Source: Eledone cirrhosa (lineage: Eukaryota). From it: 64,000 nucleotides of DNA. Of the stretch, positions 16,101 through 31,800 are shown in pieces; position 1 is the first letter of the stretch, and every line of letters begins with the position of its first letter. Under the pieces are notes generated by a model that was not told the origin of the DNA, ran no database searches, and was given only the letters and a program-made list of their open reading frames with translations. Location of the stretch: the NCBI GenBank assembly GCA_964016885.1, contig OZ024741.1:410874001-410938000 (forward strand). The letters are read 5' to 3'. A program made the translations under genes and the position numbers.

Positions 16101-19100
16101 GTCCTACTGTTATAATATATTGTTCTATATCCTCAGTGTTATACGTATGCCTACTGTTATATTATATTGTTCTATATCTTCTGTGTTATACGTATGTCCT
16201 ACTGTTATATTATCTTTTCCTATATCCTCTGTTATACCTGTCCTACTGTTATATCATATTGTTCTATATCCTCTGTTATACCTATGTCCTACTGTTATAA
16301 TATATGGTTCTATATCCTCTGTGTTATACGTATGCCTACTGTTATATTATATTGTTCTATATCCTCTGTTATTCGTATGTCCTACTGTTATATTATATCG
16401 TTGTATATCCTCTGTGTTATTCGTATGTCCTACTGTTATATTATATCGTTGTATATCCTCTGTGTTATACGTATGTCCTACTCTTATATTATATGTTTCT
16501 ATATCCTCTGTGTTATACCTATGTCATACTGTTTTATTATATTATTTTCTATCCTCTCTTTTATACCTATGTCCTACTGTTATAATATTTTGTTCTATAT
16601 CCTATGTGTTATACGTATTTCCTACTGTTATATATTGTTCTATATCCTCTGTCCTACTGTTATATTATATTGTTCTATATCCTCTGTGTTATACCTATAT
16701 CCTACTCTTATATTATATTGTTCTATATCTTCTGTGTTATACGTATGTCCTACTGTTATATAATTTTGTCCTATATCCTCTGTTTTATACGTATGTCCTA
16801 CTGTTATATTAAATTGATCTATATCCTCTGTGTTATACCTATGTCCTACTGTTATATTATACTGTTCTCTATCCTCTGTGTTATTCGTATGTCCTACTGT
16901 TATATTATATCGTTCTATATCCTCTGTTATACATATGTCCTAATGTATTATATTATTCTATATCCTCTGTGTTATATGTATCTCCTACTGTCATATTATA
17001 TTGTTCTATATCCTCTGTGTTATACCTATGTCCTACTGTTATATTATACTGTTCTATATCTTCTGTCTTATTCGTATGTCCTACTGTTATATTATATCGT
17101 TCTATATCCTGTTATACCTATGTCCTACTGTTATATTATATTGTTCTATATCCTCTGGGTTATACGTATGTCTTACTGTTATATTATATTGTTCTATATC
17201 CTCTGTGTTATACGTATGTCCTACTGTTATATTATATTGTTCTATATCCTCTGTGTTATACGTATGTCTTACTGTTATATTATATTGTTCCATATTCTCT
17301 GTGTTATACGTATGTACTACTGTTATATTATATTGTTCTATATCCTCTGTTATAACAATGTCCTACTGTTAAATTATATTGTTCTATATCCTCTGTGTTA
17401 TACGTATTTCCTACTGTTATATAATATTGTCCTATATCCTCTGTTTTATACGTATGTCCTACTGTTATATTAAATTGTTCTATATCCTCTGTGTTATACC
17501 TATGTCCTACTGTTATATTATACTGTTCTATATCATCTGTGTTATACGTATGTCCTACCGTTATATTATATTGTCCTATATCCTGTTTTATACGTGTGTC
17601 CTACTGTTATATTAAACTGTTCTATATCCTCTGTGCTATACCTATCTTCTACTGATATATTATACTCTTCTATAACCTCTGTGTTATTCGTATGTCCTAC
17701 TGTTATATTATATTGTTCGATATCCTCTGTTATACCTATGACCTACTGTTATATTATATTGTTCTATATCCTCTGTTATACCTATGTCCTACTGTTATAT
17801 TATATTGTTCTATATCCTCTGTGTTATACGCATGTCTTACTGTTATATTATATTGTTCTATATCCTCTGTGTTATACCTATATCCTACTCTTATATTATA
17901 TTTTTCTATATCTTCTGTGTTATACGTATGTCCTACTGTTATATAATTTTGTCCTATATCCTCTGTTTTATACGTATGTCCTACTGTTATTTTAAATTGA
18001 TCTATATCCTCTGTGTTATACCTACGTCCTACTGTTATATTATACTGTTCTCTATCCTCTGTGTTATTCGTATGTCCTACTGTTATATTGTATCGTTCTA
18101 TATCCTCTGTTATACCTATGTCCTACTGTTATATTATATTGTTCTATATCCTCTGTGTTATACGTATGTCCTACTGTTATATTATATTGTTCTATATTAT
18201 CTGTGTTATATGTATGTACTACTGTTATATTATATTGTTCTATATCCTCTGTTATACCTATGTCCTACTGTTATATTATATTGTTCTATATCCTATGTGT
18301 TATACGTATGTACTACTGTTATATTATATTGTTCTATATCCTCTGTTATACCTATGTCCTACTGTTATATTATATTGTTCTATATCCTCTGTTATACATA
18401 TGTCCTAATGTATTATATTATTCTATATCCTCTGTGTTATATGTATCTCCTACTGTTATATTATATTGTTCTATATCCTCTGTGTTATACCTATATCCTA
18501 CTGTTATATTATATTGTTCTATATCCTCTGTGTTATACCTATGTCCTACTGTTATATTATACTGTTCTATATCTTCTGTCTTATTCGTATGTCCTACTGT
18601 TATATTATATCGTTCTATATCCTGTTATACCTATGTCCTACTGTTATATTATATTGTTCTATATCCTCTGTGTTATACGTATGTCTTACTGTTATATTAT
18701 ATTGTTCCATATTCTCTGTGTTATACGTATGTACTACTGTTATATTATATTGTTCTATATCCTCTGTTATAACAATGTCCAACTGTTATATTATATTGTT
18801 CTATATCCTCTGTGTTATACGTATTTCCTACTGTTATATAATATTGTCCTATATCCTCTGTTTTATACGTATGTCCTACTGTTATATTAAATTGTTCTAT
18901 ATCCTCTGTGTTATACCTATGTTCTACTGTTATATTATACTGTTCTATATCATCTGTGTTATACGTATGTCCTACCGTTATATTATATTGTCCTATATCC
19001 TGTTTTATACGTGTGTCCTACTGTTATATTAAACCGTTCTATATCCTCTGTGCTATACCTATCTTCTACTGATATATTATACTCTTCTATAACCTCTGTG

Positions 19101-22100
19101 TTATTCGTATGTCCTACTGTTATATTATATTGTTCGATATCCTCTGTTATACCTATGACCTACTGTTATATTATATTGTTCTATATCCTCTGTTATACCT
19201 ATGTCCTACTGTTATATTATATTGTTCTATATCCTCTGTGTTATACGCATGTCTTACTGTTATATTATATTGTTCTATATCCTGTGTTATACCTATGTCC
19301 TACTCTTATATTATGTTTCTATATCCTCTATGTTATACGTATGTCCTACTGTTATATTATATCGTTGTATATCTTCTGTGTTATACCTATGTCCTACTAT
19401 TATATTATATTGTTCTATATCCTCTGTTATAACTATGTCCTACTGTTATATTATATTGTTCTATATTCTCTGTTATAACTATGTCCTACTGTTATATTAT
19501 ATTGTTCTATATCCTCTGTTTTTCGCATGTCTTACTGTTATATTATATTGTTCTATATCCTCTGTGTTATACGTTTGTCCTACTGTTATATTATATTGTT
19601 CTATATCCTGTGTGTTATACGTATGTCCTACTGTTATATTATATTGTTCTATATCCTCTGTTATACCTATGTCCTACTGTTATATTATATTGTTCTATAT
19701 CCTCTGTGTTATACGTATGTCCTTCTGTTATATTATATTGTTCTATATCCTCTCTGTTATGCGTATGTCCTACTGTTATATTATATTGTCCTATATCCTG
19801 TTTTATACGTATGTCCTACTGTTATATTAAATTGTTCTATATCCTCTGTGTTATACCTATGTCCTACTGTTATATTATATTGTTCTATATCCTGTGTTAT
19901 ACGTATGTCCTTCTGTTATATTATATTGTTTTATATCCTCTCTGTTATACGTATGTCCTAATGTTATATTATATTGTTCTATATCCTCTGTTATACGTAT
20001 GTCCTACTGTTATATTATATGTTTCTATATCCTCTGTGTTATACCTATGTCCTACTGTTATATTATATTGTTCTATATCCTCTGTTATACCTATGTCCTA
20101 CTCTTATATTATATTGTTCTATATCATCTGTTATACCTATGTCCTACTGTTATAATATATTGTTCTATATCCTCAGTGTTATACGTATGCCTACTGTTAT
20201 ATTATATTGTTCTATATCTTCTGTGTTATACGTATGTCCTACTGTTATATTATATTGTTCTATATCCTCTGTTATACCTATGTCCTAATGTTATATTATA
20301 TTGTTATATATCCTCTGTTATACCTATGTCCTACTGTTATAATATATTGTTCTATATCCTCTGTGTTATACGTATCTCCTACTGTTATATTATATTGTTC
20401 TATATCCTCTGTTATACCTATGTCATACTGTTATATTATATTGTTCTATGTCCTCTGTGTTATACGTATGTCCTTCTGTTATATTATATTGTTCTATATC
20501 CTCTCTGTTATACGTATGTCCTACTGTTATACGATATTGTTCTATATCCTGTTTTATACGTATGTCCTACTGTTATATTAAATTGTTCTATATCCTCTGT
20601 GTTATACCTATGTTCTACTGTTATATTATACTCTTCTATATCCTCTGTGTTATACGTATGTCCTACTGTTATATTATATCGTTGTATATCCTCTGTGTTA
20701 TACGTATGTCCTACTCTTATATTATATGTTTCTCTATCCTCTGTGTTATACCTATGTCCTACTGTTATATGATATTGTTCTATATCCGCTGTTATACCTA
20801 TGTCCTACTGTTATATTATATTGTTCTATATCCTCTGTTATACCTATGTCCTACTGTTATAATATATTGTTCTATATCCTATGTGTTATACGTATGCCTA
20901 CTGTTATATTATATTGTTCTATATCCTCTGTGTTATTCGTATGTCCTACTGTTATATTATATCGTTGTATATCCTGTGTTATTTGTATGTCCTACTGTTA
21001 TATTATATCGTTGTATATCCTCTGTGTTATACGTATGTCCTACTCTTATATTATATGTTTCTATATCCTCTGTGTTATACCTATGTCATACTGTTTTATT
21101 ATATTATTTTCTATCCTCTCTTTTATACCTATGTCCTACTGTTATAATATTTTGTTCTATATCCTATGTGTTATACGTATTTCCTACTGTTATATTATAT
21201 TGTTCTATATCCTCTGTGTTATACCTATATCCTACTGTTATATTATATTGTTCTATATCCTCTGTGTTATACGTATGTCCTACTGTTATATAATTTTGTC
21301 CTATATCCTCTGTTTTATACGTATGTCCTACTGTTATATTAAATTGTTCTATATCCTCTGTGTTATACCTACTTCCTACTGTTATATTATACTGTTCTCT
21401 ATCCTCTGTGTTATTCGTATGTCCTACTGTTATATTATATCGTTCTATATCCTGTTATACTTATGTCCTACTGTTATATTATATTGTTCTATATCCTCTG
21501 CGTTATACGTATGTCCTACTGTTATATTATATTGTTCTATATCCTCTGTGTTATACGTATGTCCTACTGTTATATTATATTGTTCTATATTATCTGTGTT
21601 ATACGTATGTACTACTTTTATATTATATTGTTCTATATCCTCTGTTATACCTATGTCCTACTGTTATATTATATTGTTCTATATCCTGTGTTATACGTAT
21701 GTACTACTGTTATATTATATTGTTCTATATTCTCTGTTATACCTATGTCCTACTGTTATATTATATTGTTCTATATCCTGTTATACATATGTCCTAATGT
21801 ATTATATTATTCTATATCCTCTGTGTTATACGTATCTCCTACTGTTATATTATATTGTTCTATATCCTCTGTGTTATACCTATATCCTACTGTTATATTA
21901 TATTGTTCTATATCCTCTGTTATACCTATGTCCTACTGTTATATTATATTGTTCTATATCCACTGTGTTATACGTATGTCCTACTGTTATATTAAATTCT
22001 TCTATATCCTCTGTGTTATACGTATGTCCTACTGTTATATTACATTGTTCTTTATCCTCTGTGTTATACGTATGTCCTACCGTTATATTATATTGTCCTA

Positions 22101-25100
22101 TATCCTGTTTTATACGCATGTCTTACTGTTATATTATATTGTTCTATATCCTGTGTTATACCTATGTGCTACTCTTATATTATGTTTCTATATCCCCTGT
22201 GTTATACGTATGTCCTACTGTTATATTATATCGTTGTATATCCTCTTTGTTATACGTATGTCCTACTCTTATATTATATGTTACTATATCCTCTGTGTTA
22301 TACCTATGTCATACAGTTTTATTATATTATTTTCTATCCTCTGTTTTATACCTATATCCTACTGTTATATTACATTATTCTATAACCTCTGTGTTATACG
22401 TATGTCCTACTGTTATATTATATTGTTCTATATCTTGTGTTATACCTATGTCCTACTGTTATATTATATTGTTCTATATCCTCTGTTATAACTATGTCCT
22501 ACTGTTATATTATATTGTTCTATATCCTCTGTGTTATACGCATGTCTTACTGTTATATTATATTGTCCTATATCCTCTGTGTTATACGTTTGTCCTACTG
22601 TTATATTATATTGTTCTATATCCTGTGTGTTATACGTATGTCCTACTGTTATATTATATTGTTCTATATCCTCTGTGTTATATGTATGTCCTACTGTTAT
22701 ATTATATTGTTCTATATCCTCTGTTATATCTAGGTCCTACTGTTATATTATATTGTTCTATATCCTCTGTGTTATACGTATCTCCTACTGTTATATTATA
22801 TTGTTGTATATCCTCTGTTATACGTATGTCCTACTGTTATATTATATTGTTCTATATCCTCTGTGTTATACGTATGTCCTTCTGTTATATTATATTGTTC
22901 TATATCCTCTCTGTTATACGTATGTCCTACTGTTATATTATATTGTTCGATATCCTCTGTGTTATACGTATCTCCTACTGTTATATTATATTGTTCTATA
23001 TCCTCTGTTATACCTATGTCCTACTGTTATAATATATTGTTCTATATCCTCTGTGTTATACGTATGCCTACTGTTATATTATATTGTTCTATATCCCCTG
23101 TGTTATACGTATGTCCTTCTGTTATAATATGTTGTTCTATATCCTCTCTGTTATACCTATGTCCTACTGTTATATAATATTGTCCTATATCCTCTGATTT
23201 ATACGTATGTCCTACTGTTATATTAAATTGTTCTATATCCTCTGTCTTATACGTATGTCCTACTGTTATATTACATTGTTCTTTATCCTCTGTGTTATAC
23301 GTATGTCCTACCGTTATATTATATTGTTCGATATCCTCTGTGTTATGCCTATGTACTACTGTTATATTATATTGTTCTATATCCTCTGTTATACGTATCT
23401 CCTACTGTTATATTATATTGTTCTATATCCACTGTTATACCTATGTCCTACTGTTATATTATATTGTTCTATATCCTCTGTGTTATACGTATGTCCTTCT
23501 GTTATATTATATTGTTCTATATCCTCTCTGTTATACGTATGTCCTAATGTTATACTATATTGTTCTATATCCTGTTTTATACGTATGTCCTACTGTTATA
23601 TTAAATTGTTCTATATCCTCTGTATTATACCTATGTTCTACTGTTATATTATACTCTTCTATATCCTCTGTGTTATACGTATGTCCTACTGTTATATTAT
23701 ATCGTTGTATATCCTGTGTTATACGTATGTCCTACTCTTATATTATATGTTTCTATATCCTCTGTGTTATACCTATGTCCTACTGTTATATTATACTGTT
23801 CTATATCGTCTGTCTTATTCGTATGTCCTACTGTTATATTATATCGTTCTATATCCTGTTATACCTATGTCCTACTGTTATATTATATTGTTCTATATCC
23901 TCTGTGTTATACGTATGTCTTACTGTTATATTATATTGTTCTATATCCTCTGTGTTATACGTATGTCCGACTGTTATATTATATTGTTCTATATCCTCTG
24001 TGTTATACGTATGTCTTACTGTTATATTATATTGTTCCATATTCTCTGTGTTATAAGTATGTACTACTGTTATATTATATTGTTCTATATCCTCTGTTAT
24101 AACAATGTCCTACTGTTATATTATATTGTTCTATATCCTCTGTGTTATACGTATGTCCTTCTGTTATATTATATTGTTCTATATCCTCTGTGTTATACGT
24201 ATGTCCTACTGTTATATGATATTATCCTATATCCTCTGTTTTATACGTATGTCCTACTGTTATGTTAAATTGTTCTATATCCTCTGTGTTATACCTATGT
24301 CCTACTGTTATATTATACTGTTCTATATCATCTGTGTTATACGTATGTCCTACCGTTATATTATATTGTCCTATATCCTGTTTTATACGTGTGTCCACTG
24401 TTATATTAAACTGTTCTATATCCTCTGTGCTATACCTATCTTCTACTGATATATTATACTCTTCTATAACATCTGTGTTATTCGTATGACCTACTGTTAT
24501 ATTATATTGTTCTATATCCACTGTTATACCTATGTCCTACTGTTATATTATATTGTTCTATATCCTCTGTGTCATACGCATGTCTTACTGTTATATTATA
24601 TTGTTCTATATCCTCTGTGTTATACCTATGTCCTACTCTTATATTATGTTTCTATATCCTCTGTGTTATACGTATGTCCTACTGTTATATTAAATTGTTC
24701 TATATCCAGTGTTATACGTATGTCCTACTGTTATATTACATTATCTTTATCCTCTGTGTTATACGTATGTCCTACCATTATATTATATTGTCCTATATCC
24801 TGTTTTATACGCATGTCTTACTGTTATATTATATTGTTCTATATCCTCTGTGTTATACCTATGTGCTACTGTTATATTATATCGTTGTATATCCTCTGTG
24901 TTATACGTATGTCCTACTCTTATATTATATGTTAGTATATCCTCTGTGTTATACCTATGTCATACAGTTTTATTATATTATTTTCTATCCTCTGTTTTAT
25001 ACCTATATCCTACTGTTATATTACATTATTCTATATCCTGTGTGTTATACGTATGTCCTACTGTTATATTATATTGTTCTATATCTTCTGTGTTATACCT

Positions 25101-25899
25101 ATGTCCTACTGTTATATTATATTGTTCTATATCCTTTGTTATAACTATGTCCTACTGTTATATTATATTGTTCTATATCCTCTGTGTTATACGCATGTCT
25201 TACTGTTATAATATATTGTTCTATATCCTCTGTGTTATACGTTTGTCCTACTGTTATATTATATTGTTCTATATCCTGTGTGTTATACGTATGTCCTACT
25301 GTTATATTATATTGTTCTATATCCTCTGTGTTATACGTATGTCCTACTGTTATATTATATTGTTCTATATCCTCTGTTATACCTATGTCCTACTGTTATA
25401 TTATATTGTTCTATATCCTCTGTGTTATACGTATCTCCTACTGTTATATTATATTGTTGTATATCCTCTGTTATACGTATGTCCTACTGTTATATTATAT
25501 TGTTCTATATCCTCTGTGTTATACGTATGTCCTTCTGTTATATTATATTGTTCTATATCCTCTCTGTTATACGTATGTCCTACTGTTATATTATATTGCT
25601 CGATATCCTCTGTGTTATACATATGTCCTACTGTTATATTATATTGTTCGATATCCTCTGTTATACCTATGACCTACTGTTATATTATATTGTTCTATAT
25701 CCTCTGTTATACCTATGTCCTACTGTTATATTATATTGTTCTATATCCTCTGTGTCATACGCATGTCTTACTGTTATATTATATTGTTCTATATCCTCTG
25801 TGTTATACCTATGTCCTACACTTATATTATGTTTCTATATCCTCTGTGTTATACGTATGTCCTACTGTTATATTAAATTGTTCTATATCCTCTGTGTTA

Positions 25900-28800
25900 T
25901 ACGTATGTCCTACTGTTATATTACATTATCTTTATCCTCTGTGTTATACGTATGTCCTACCGTTATATTATATTGTTCGATATCCTCTGTGTTATGCCTA
26001 TGTACTACTGTTATATTATATTGTTCTATATCCTGTTATACGTATGTCCTACTGTTATATTATATTGTTCTATATCCTCTGTGTTATACGTATCTCCTAC
26101 TGTTATATTATATTGTTCTATATCCAATGCTATACCTATGTCCTACTGTTATATTATATTGTTCTATATCCTCTGTGTTATACGTATGTCCTTCTGTTAT
26201 ATTATATTGTTCTATATCCTCTGTGTTATACGTATGTCCTACTGTTATATAATATTATCCTATATCCTCTGTTTTATACGTATGTCCTACTGTTATGTTA
26301 AATTGTTCTATATCCTCTGTGTTATACCTATGTCCTACTGTTATATTATATTGTTCTATATCATGTGTTATACGTATGTCCTACCGTTATATTATATTGT
26401 CCTATATCCTGTTTTATACGTGTGTCCACTGTTATATTAAACTGTTCTATATCCTCTGTGCTATACCTATCTTCTACTGATATATTATACTCTTCTATAA
26501 CCTCTGTGTTATTCGTATGTCCTACTGTTATATTATATTGTTCGATATCCTCTGTTATACCTATGACCTACTGTTATATTATATTGTTCTATATCCACTG
26601 TTATACCTATGTCCTACTGTTATATTATATTGTTCTATATCCTCTGTGTCATACGCATGTCTTACTGTTATATTATATTGTTCTATATCCTCTGTGTTAT
26701 ACCTATGTCCTACTCTTATATTATGTTTCTATATCCTCTGTGTTATACGTATGTCCTACTGTTATATTAAATTGTTCTATATCCTCTGTGTTATACGTAT
26801 GTCCTACTGTTATATTACATTATCTTTATCCTCTGTGTTATACGTATGTCCTACCATTATATTATATTGTCCTATATCCTGTTTTATACGCATGTCTTAC
26901 TGTTATATTATATTGTTCTATATCCTCTGTGTTATACCTATGTGCTACTGTTATATTATATCGTTGTATATCCTCTGTGTTATACGTATGTCCTACTCTT
27001 ATATTATATGTTAGTATATCCTCTGTGTTATACCTATGACATACAGTTTTATTATATTATTTTCTATCCTGTTTTATACCTATATCCTACTGTTATATTA
27101 CATTATTCTATATCCTCTGTGTTATACGTATGTCCTACTGTTATATTATATTGTTCTATATCTTCTGTGTTATACCTATGTCCTACTGTTATATTATATT
27201 GTTCTATATCCTTTGTTATAACTATGTCCTACTGTTATATTATATTGTTCTATATCCTCTGTGTTATACGCATGTCTTACTGTTATATTATATTGTTCTA
27301 TATCCTCTGTTATACCTATGTCCTACTGTTATATTATATTGTTCTATATCCTCTGTGTTATACGTATCTCCTACTGTTATATTATATTGTTGTATATCCT
27401 CTGTTATACGTATGTCCTACTGTTATATTATATTGTTCTATATCCTGTGTTATACGTATGTCCTTCTGTTATATTATATTGTTCTATATCCTCTCTGTTA
27501 TACATATGTCCTACTGTTATATTATATTGTTCGATATCCTCTGTTATACCTATGACCTACTGTTATATTATATTGTTCTATATCATCTGTTATACCTATG
27601 TCCTACTGTTATATTATATTGTTCTATATCCTCTGTGTTATACCTATGTCCTACTCTTATATTATGTTTCTATATCCTGTGTTATACGTATGTCCTACTG
27701 TTATATTAAATTGTTCTATATCCTCTGTGTTATACGTATGTCCTACTGTTATCTTACATTATCTTTATCCTCTGTGTTATACGTATGTCCTACCGTTATA
27801 TTATATTGTCCTATATCCTGTTTTATACGCATGTCTTACTGTTATATTATATTGTTCTATATCCTCTGTGTTATACCTATGTGCTACTGTTATATTATAT
27901 CGTTGTATATCCTCTGTGTTATACGTATGTCCTACTCTTATATTATATGTTAGTATATCCTCTGTGTTATACCTATGTCATACAGTTTTATTATATTATT
28001 TTCTATCCTCTGTTTTATACCTATATCCTACTGTTATATTACATTATTCTATATCCTCTGTGTTATACGTATGTCCTACTGTTATATTATATTGTTCTAT
28101 ATCTTCTGTGTTATACCTATGTCCTACTGTTATATTATATTGTTCTATATCCTTTGTTATAACTATGTCCTACTGCTATATTATATTGTTCTATATCCTC
28201 TGTGTTATACGCATGTCTTACTGTTATATTATATTGTTCTATATCCTCTGTGTTATACGTTTGTCCTACTGTTATATTATATTGTTCTATATCCTGTGTG
28301 TTATACGTATGTCCTACTGTTATATTATATTGTTCTATATCCTCTGTGTTATACGTATGTCCTACTGTTATATTATATTGTTCTATATCCTCTGTGTTAT
28401 ACGTATGTCCTTCTGTTATATTATATTGTTCTATATCCTCTCTGTTATACGTATGTCCTTCTGTTATATTATATTGTTCTATATCCTCTGTTATGCGTAT
28501 GTCCTACTGTTATATTATATTGTCCTATATCCTGTTTTATACGTATGTCCTACTGTTATATTAAATTGTTCTATATCCTCTGTGTTATACCTATGTTCTA
28601 CTGTTATATTATACTCTTCTATATCCTCTGTGTTATACGTATGTCCTACTGTTATATTATATCGTTGTATATCCTCTGTGTTATACGTATGTCCTACTCT
28701 TATATTATATGCTTCTATATCCTCTGTGTTACACGTATGTCCTACTGTTATATTATATTGTTCTATATCCTCTGTTATACCTATGTCCTACTGTTATATT

Positions 28801-31800
28801 ATATTGTTCTATATCCTCTGTTATACCTATGTCCTACTGTTATAATATGTTGTTCTATATCCTCTGTGTTATACGTATGCCTACTGTTATATTATATTGT
28901 TCTATATCCCCTGTGTTATACCTATGTCCTACTGTTATATAATATTGTCCTATATCCTCTGTTTTATACGTATGTCCTACTGTTATATTAAATTGTTCTA
29001 TATCCTCTGTCTTATACGTATGTCCTACTGTTATATTACATTGTTCGTTATCCTCTGTGTTATACGTATGTCCTACCGTTATATTATATTGTTCGATATC
29101 CTCTGTGTTATGCCTATGTACTACTGTTATATTATATTGTTCTATATCCTGTTATACGTATGTCCTACTGTTATATTATATTGTTCTATATCCTCTGTGT
29201 TATACGTATCTCCTACTGTTATATTATATTGTTCTATATCCAATGCTATACCTATGTCCTACTGTTATATTATATTGTTCTATATCCTCTGTGTTATACG
29301 TATGTCCTTCTGTTATATTATATTGTTCTATATCCTCTGTGTTATACGTATGTCCTACTGTTATATAATATTATCCTATATCCTCTGTTTTATACGTATG
29401 TCCTACTGTTATGTTAAATTGTTCTATATCCTCTGTGTTATACCTATGTCCTACTGTTATATTATACTGTTCTATATCATGTGTTATACGTATGTCCTAC
29501 CGTTATATTAGATTGTCCTATATCCTGTTTTATACGTGTGTCCACTGTTATATTAAACTGTTCTATATCCTCTGTGCTATATCTCTCTTCTACTGATATA
29601 TTATACTCTTCTATAACCTGTGTTATTCGTATGTCCTACTGTTATATTATATTGTTCGATATCCTCTGTTATACCTATGACCTACTGTTATATTATATTG
29701 TTCTATATCCACTGTTATACCTATGTCCTACTGTTATATTATATTGTTCTATATCCTCTGTGTCATACGCATGTCTTACTGTTATATTATATTGTTCTAT
29801 ATCCTCTGTGTTATACCTATGTGCTACTGTTATATTATATCGTTGTATATCCTCTGTGTTATACGTATGTCCTACTCTTATATTATATGTTAGTATATCC
29901 TCTGTGTTATACCTATGTCATACAGTTTTATTATATTATTTTCTATCCTCTGTTTTATACCTATATCCTACTGTTATATTACATTATTCTATATCCTGTG
30001 TGTTATACGTATGTCCTACTGTTATATTATATTGTTCTATATCTTCTGTGTTATACCTATGTCCTACTGTTATATTATATTGTTCTATATCCTTTGTTAT
30101 AACTATGTCCTACTGTTATATTATATTGTTCTATATCCTCTGTGTTATACGCATGTCTTACTGTTATAATATATTGTTCTATATCCTCTGTGTTATACGT
30201 TTGTCCTACTGTTATATTATATTGTTCTATATCCTGTGTGTTATACGTATGTCCTACTGTTATATTATATTGTTCTGTATCCTCTGTGTTATACGTATGT
30301 CCTACTGTTATATTATATTGTTCTATATCCTCTGTTATACCTATGTCCTACTGTTATATTATATTGTTCTATATCCTCTGTGTTATACGTATCTCCTACT
30401 GTTATATTATATTGTTGTATATCCTCTGTTATACGTATGTCCTACTGTTATATTATATTGTTCTATATCCTCTGTGTTATACGTATGTCCTTCTGTTATA
30501 TTATATTGTTCTATATCCTCTCTGTTATACGTATGTCCTACTGTTATATTATATTGCTCGATATCCTCTGTGTTATACATATGTCCTACTGTTATATTAT
30601 ATTGTTCGATATCCTCTGTTATACCTATGACCTACTGTTATATTATATTGTTCTATATCCTCTGTTATACCTATGTCCTACTGTTATATTATATTGTTCT
30701 ATATCCTCTGTGTCATACGCATGTCTTACTGTTATATTATATTGTTCTATATCCTCTGTGTTATACCTATGTCCTACACTTATATTATGTTTCTATATCC
30801 TCTGTGTTATACGTATGTCCTACTGTTATATTAAATTGTTCTATATCCTCTGTGTTATACGTATGTCCTACTGTTATATTACATTATCTTTATCCTCTGT
30901 GTTATACGTATGTCCTACCGTTATATTATATTGTCCTATATCCTGTTTTATACGCATGTCTTACTGTTATATTATATTGTTCTATATCCTCTGTGTTATA
31001 CCTATGTGCTACTGTTATATTATATCGTTGTATATCCTCTGTGTTATACGTATGTCCTACTCTTATATTATATGTTAGTATATCCTCTGTGTTATACCTA
31101 TGTCATACAGTTTTATTATATTATTTTCTATCCTCTGTTTTATACCTATATCCTACTGTTATATTACATTATTCTATATCCTCTGTGTTATACGTATGTC
31201 CTACTGTTATATTATATTGTTCTATATCTTCTGTGTTATACCTATGTCCTACTGTTATATTATATTGTTCTATATCCTTTGTTATAACTATGTCCTACTG
31301 TTATATTATATTGTTCTATATCCTCTGTGTTATACGCATGTCTTACTGTTATATTATATTGTTATATATCCTCTGTGTTATACGTTTGTCCTACTTTTAT
31401 ATTATATTGTTCTATATCCTGTGTGTTATACGTATGTCCAAATGTTATATTATATTGTTCTATATCCTCTGTGTTATACGTATGTCCTACTGTTATATTA
31501 TATTGTTCTATATCCTCTGTTATACGTATGTCCTTCTGTTATATTATATTGTTCTATATCCTCTCTGTTATACGTATGTCCTTCTGTTATATTATATTGT
31601 TCTATATCCTCTGTGTTATGCGTATGTCCTACTGTTATATTATATTGTCCTATATCCTGTTTTATACGTATGTCCTACTGTTATATTAAATTGTTCTATA
31701 TCCTCTGTGTTATACCTATGTTCTACTGTTATATTATACTCTTCTATATCCTGTGTTATACGTATGTCCTACTGTTATATTATATCGTTGTATATCCTCT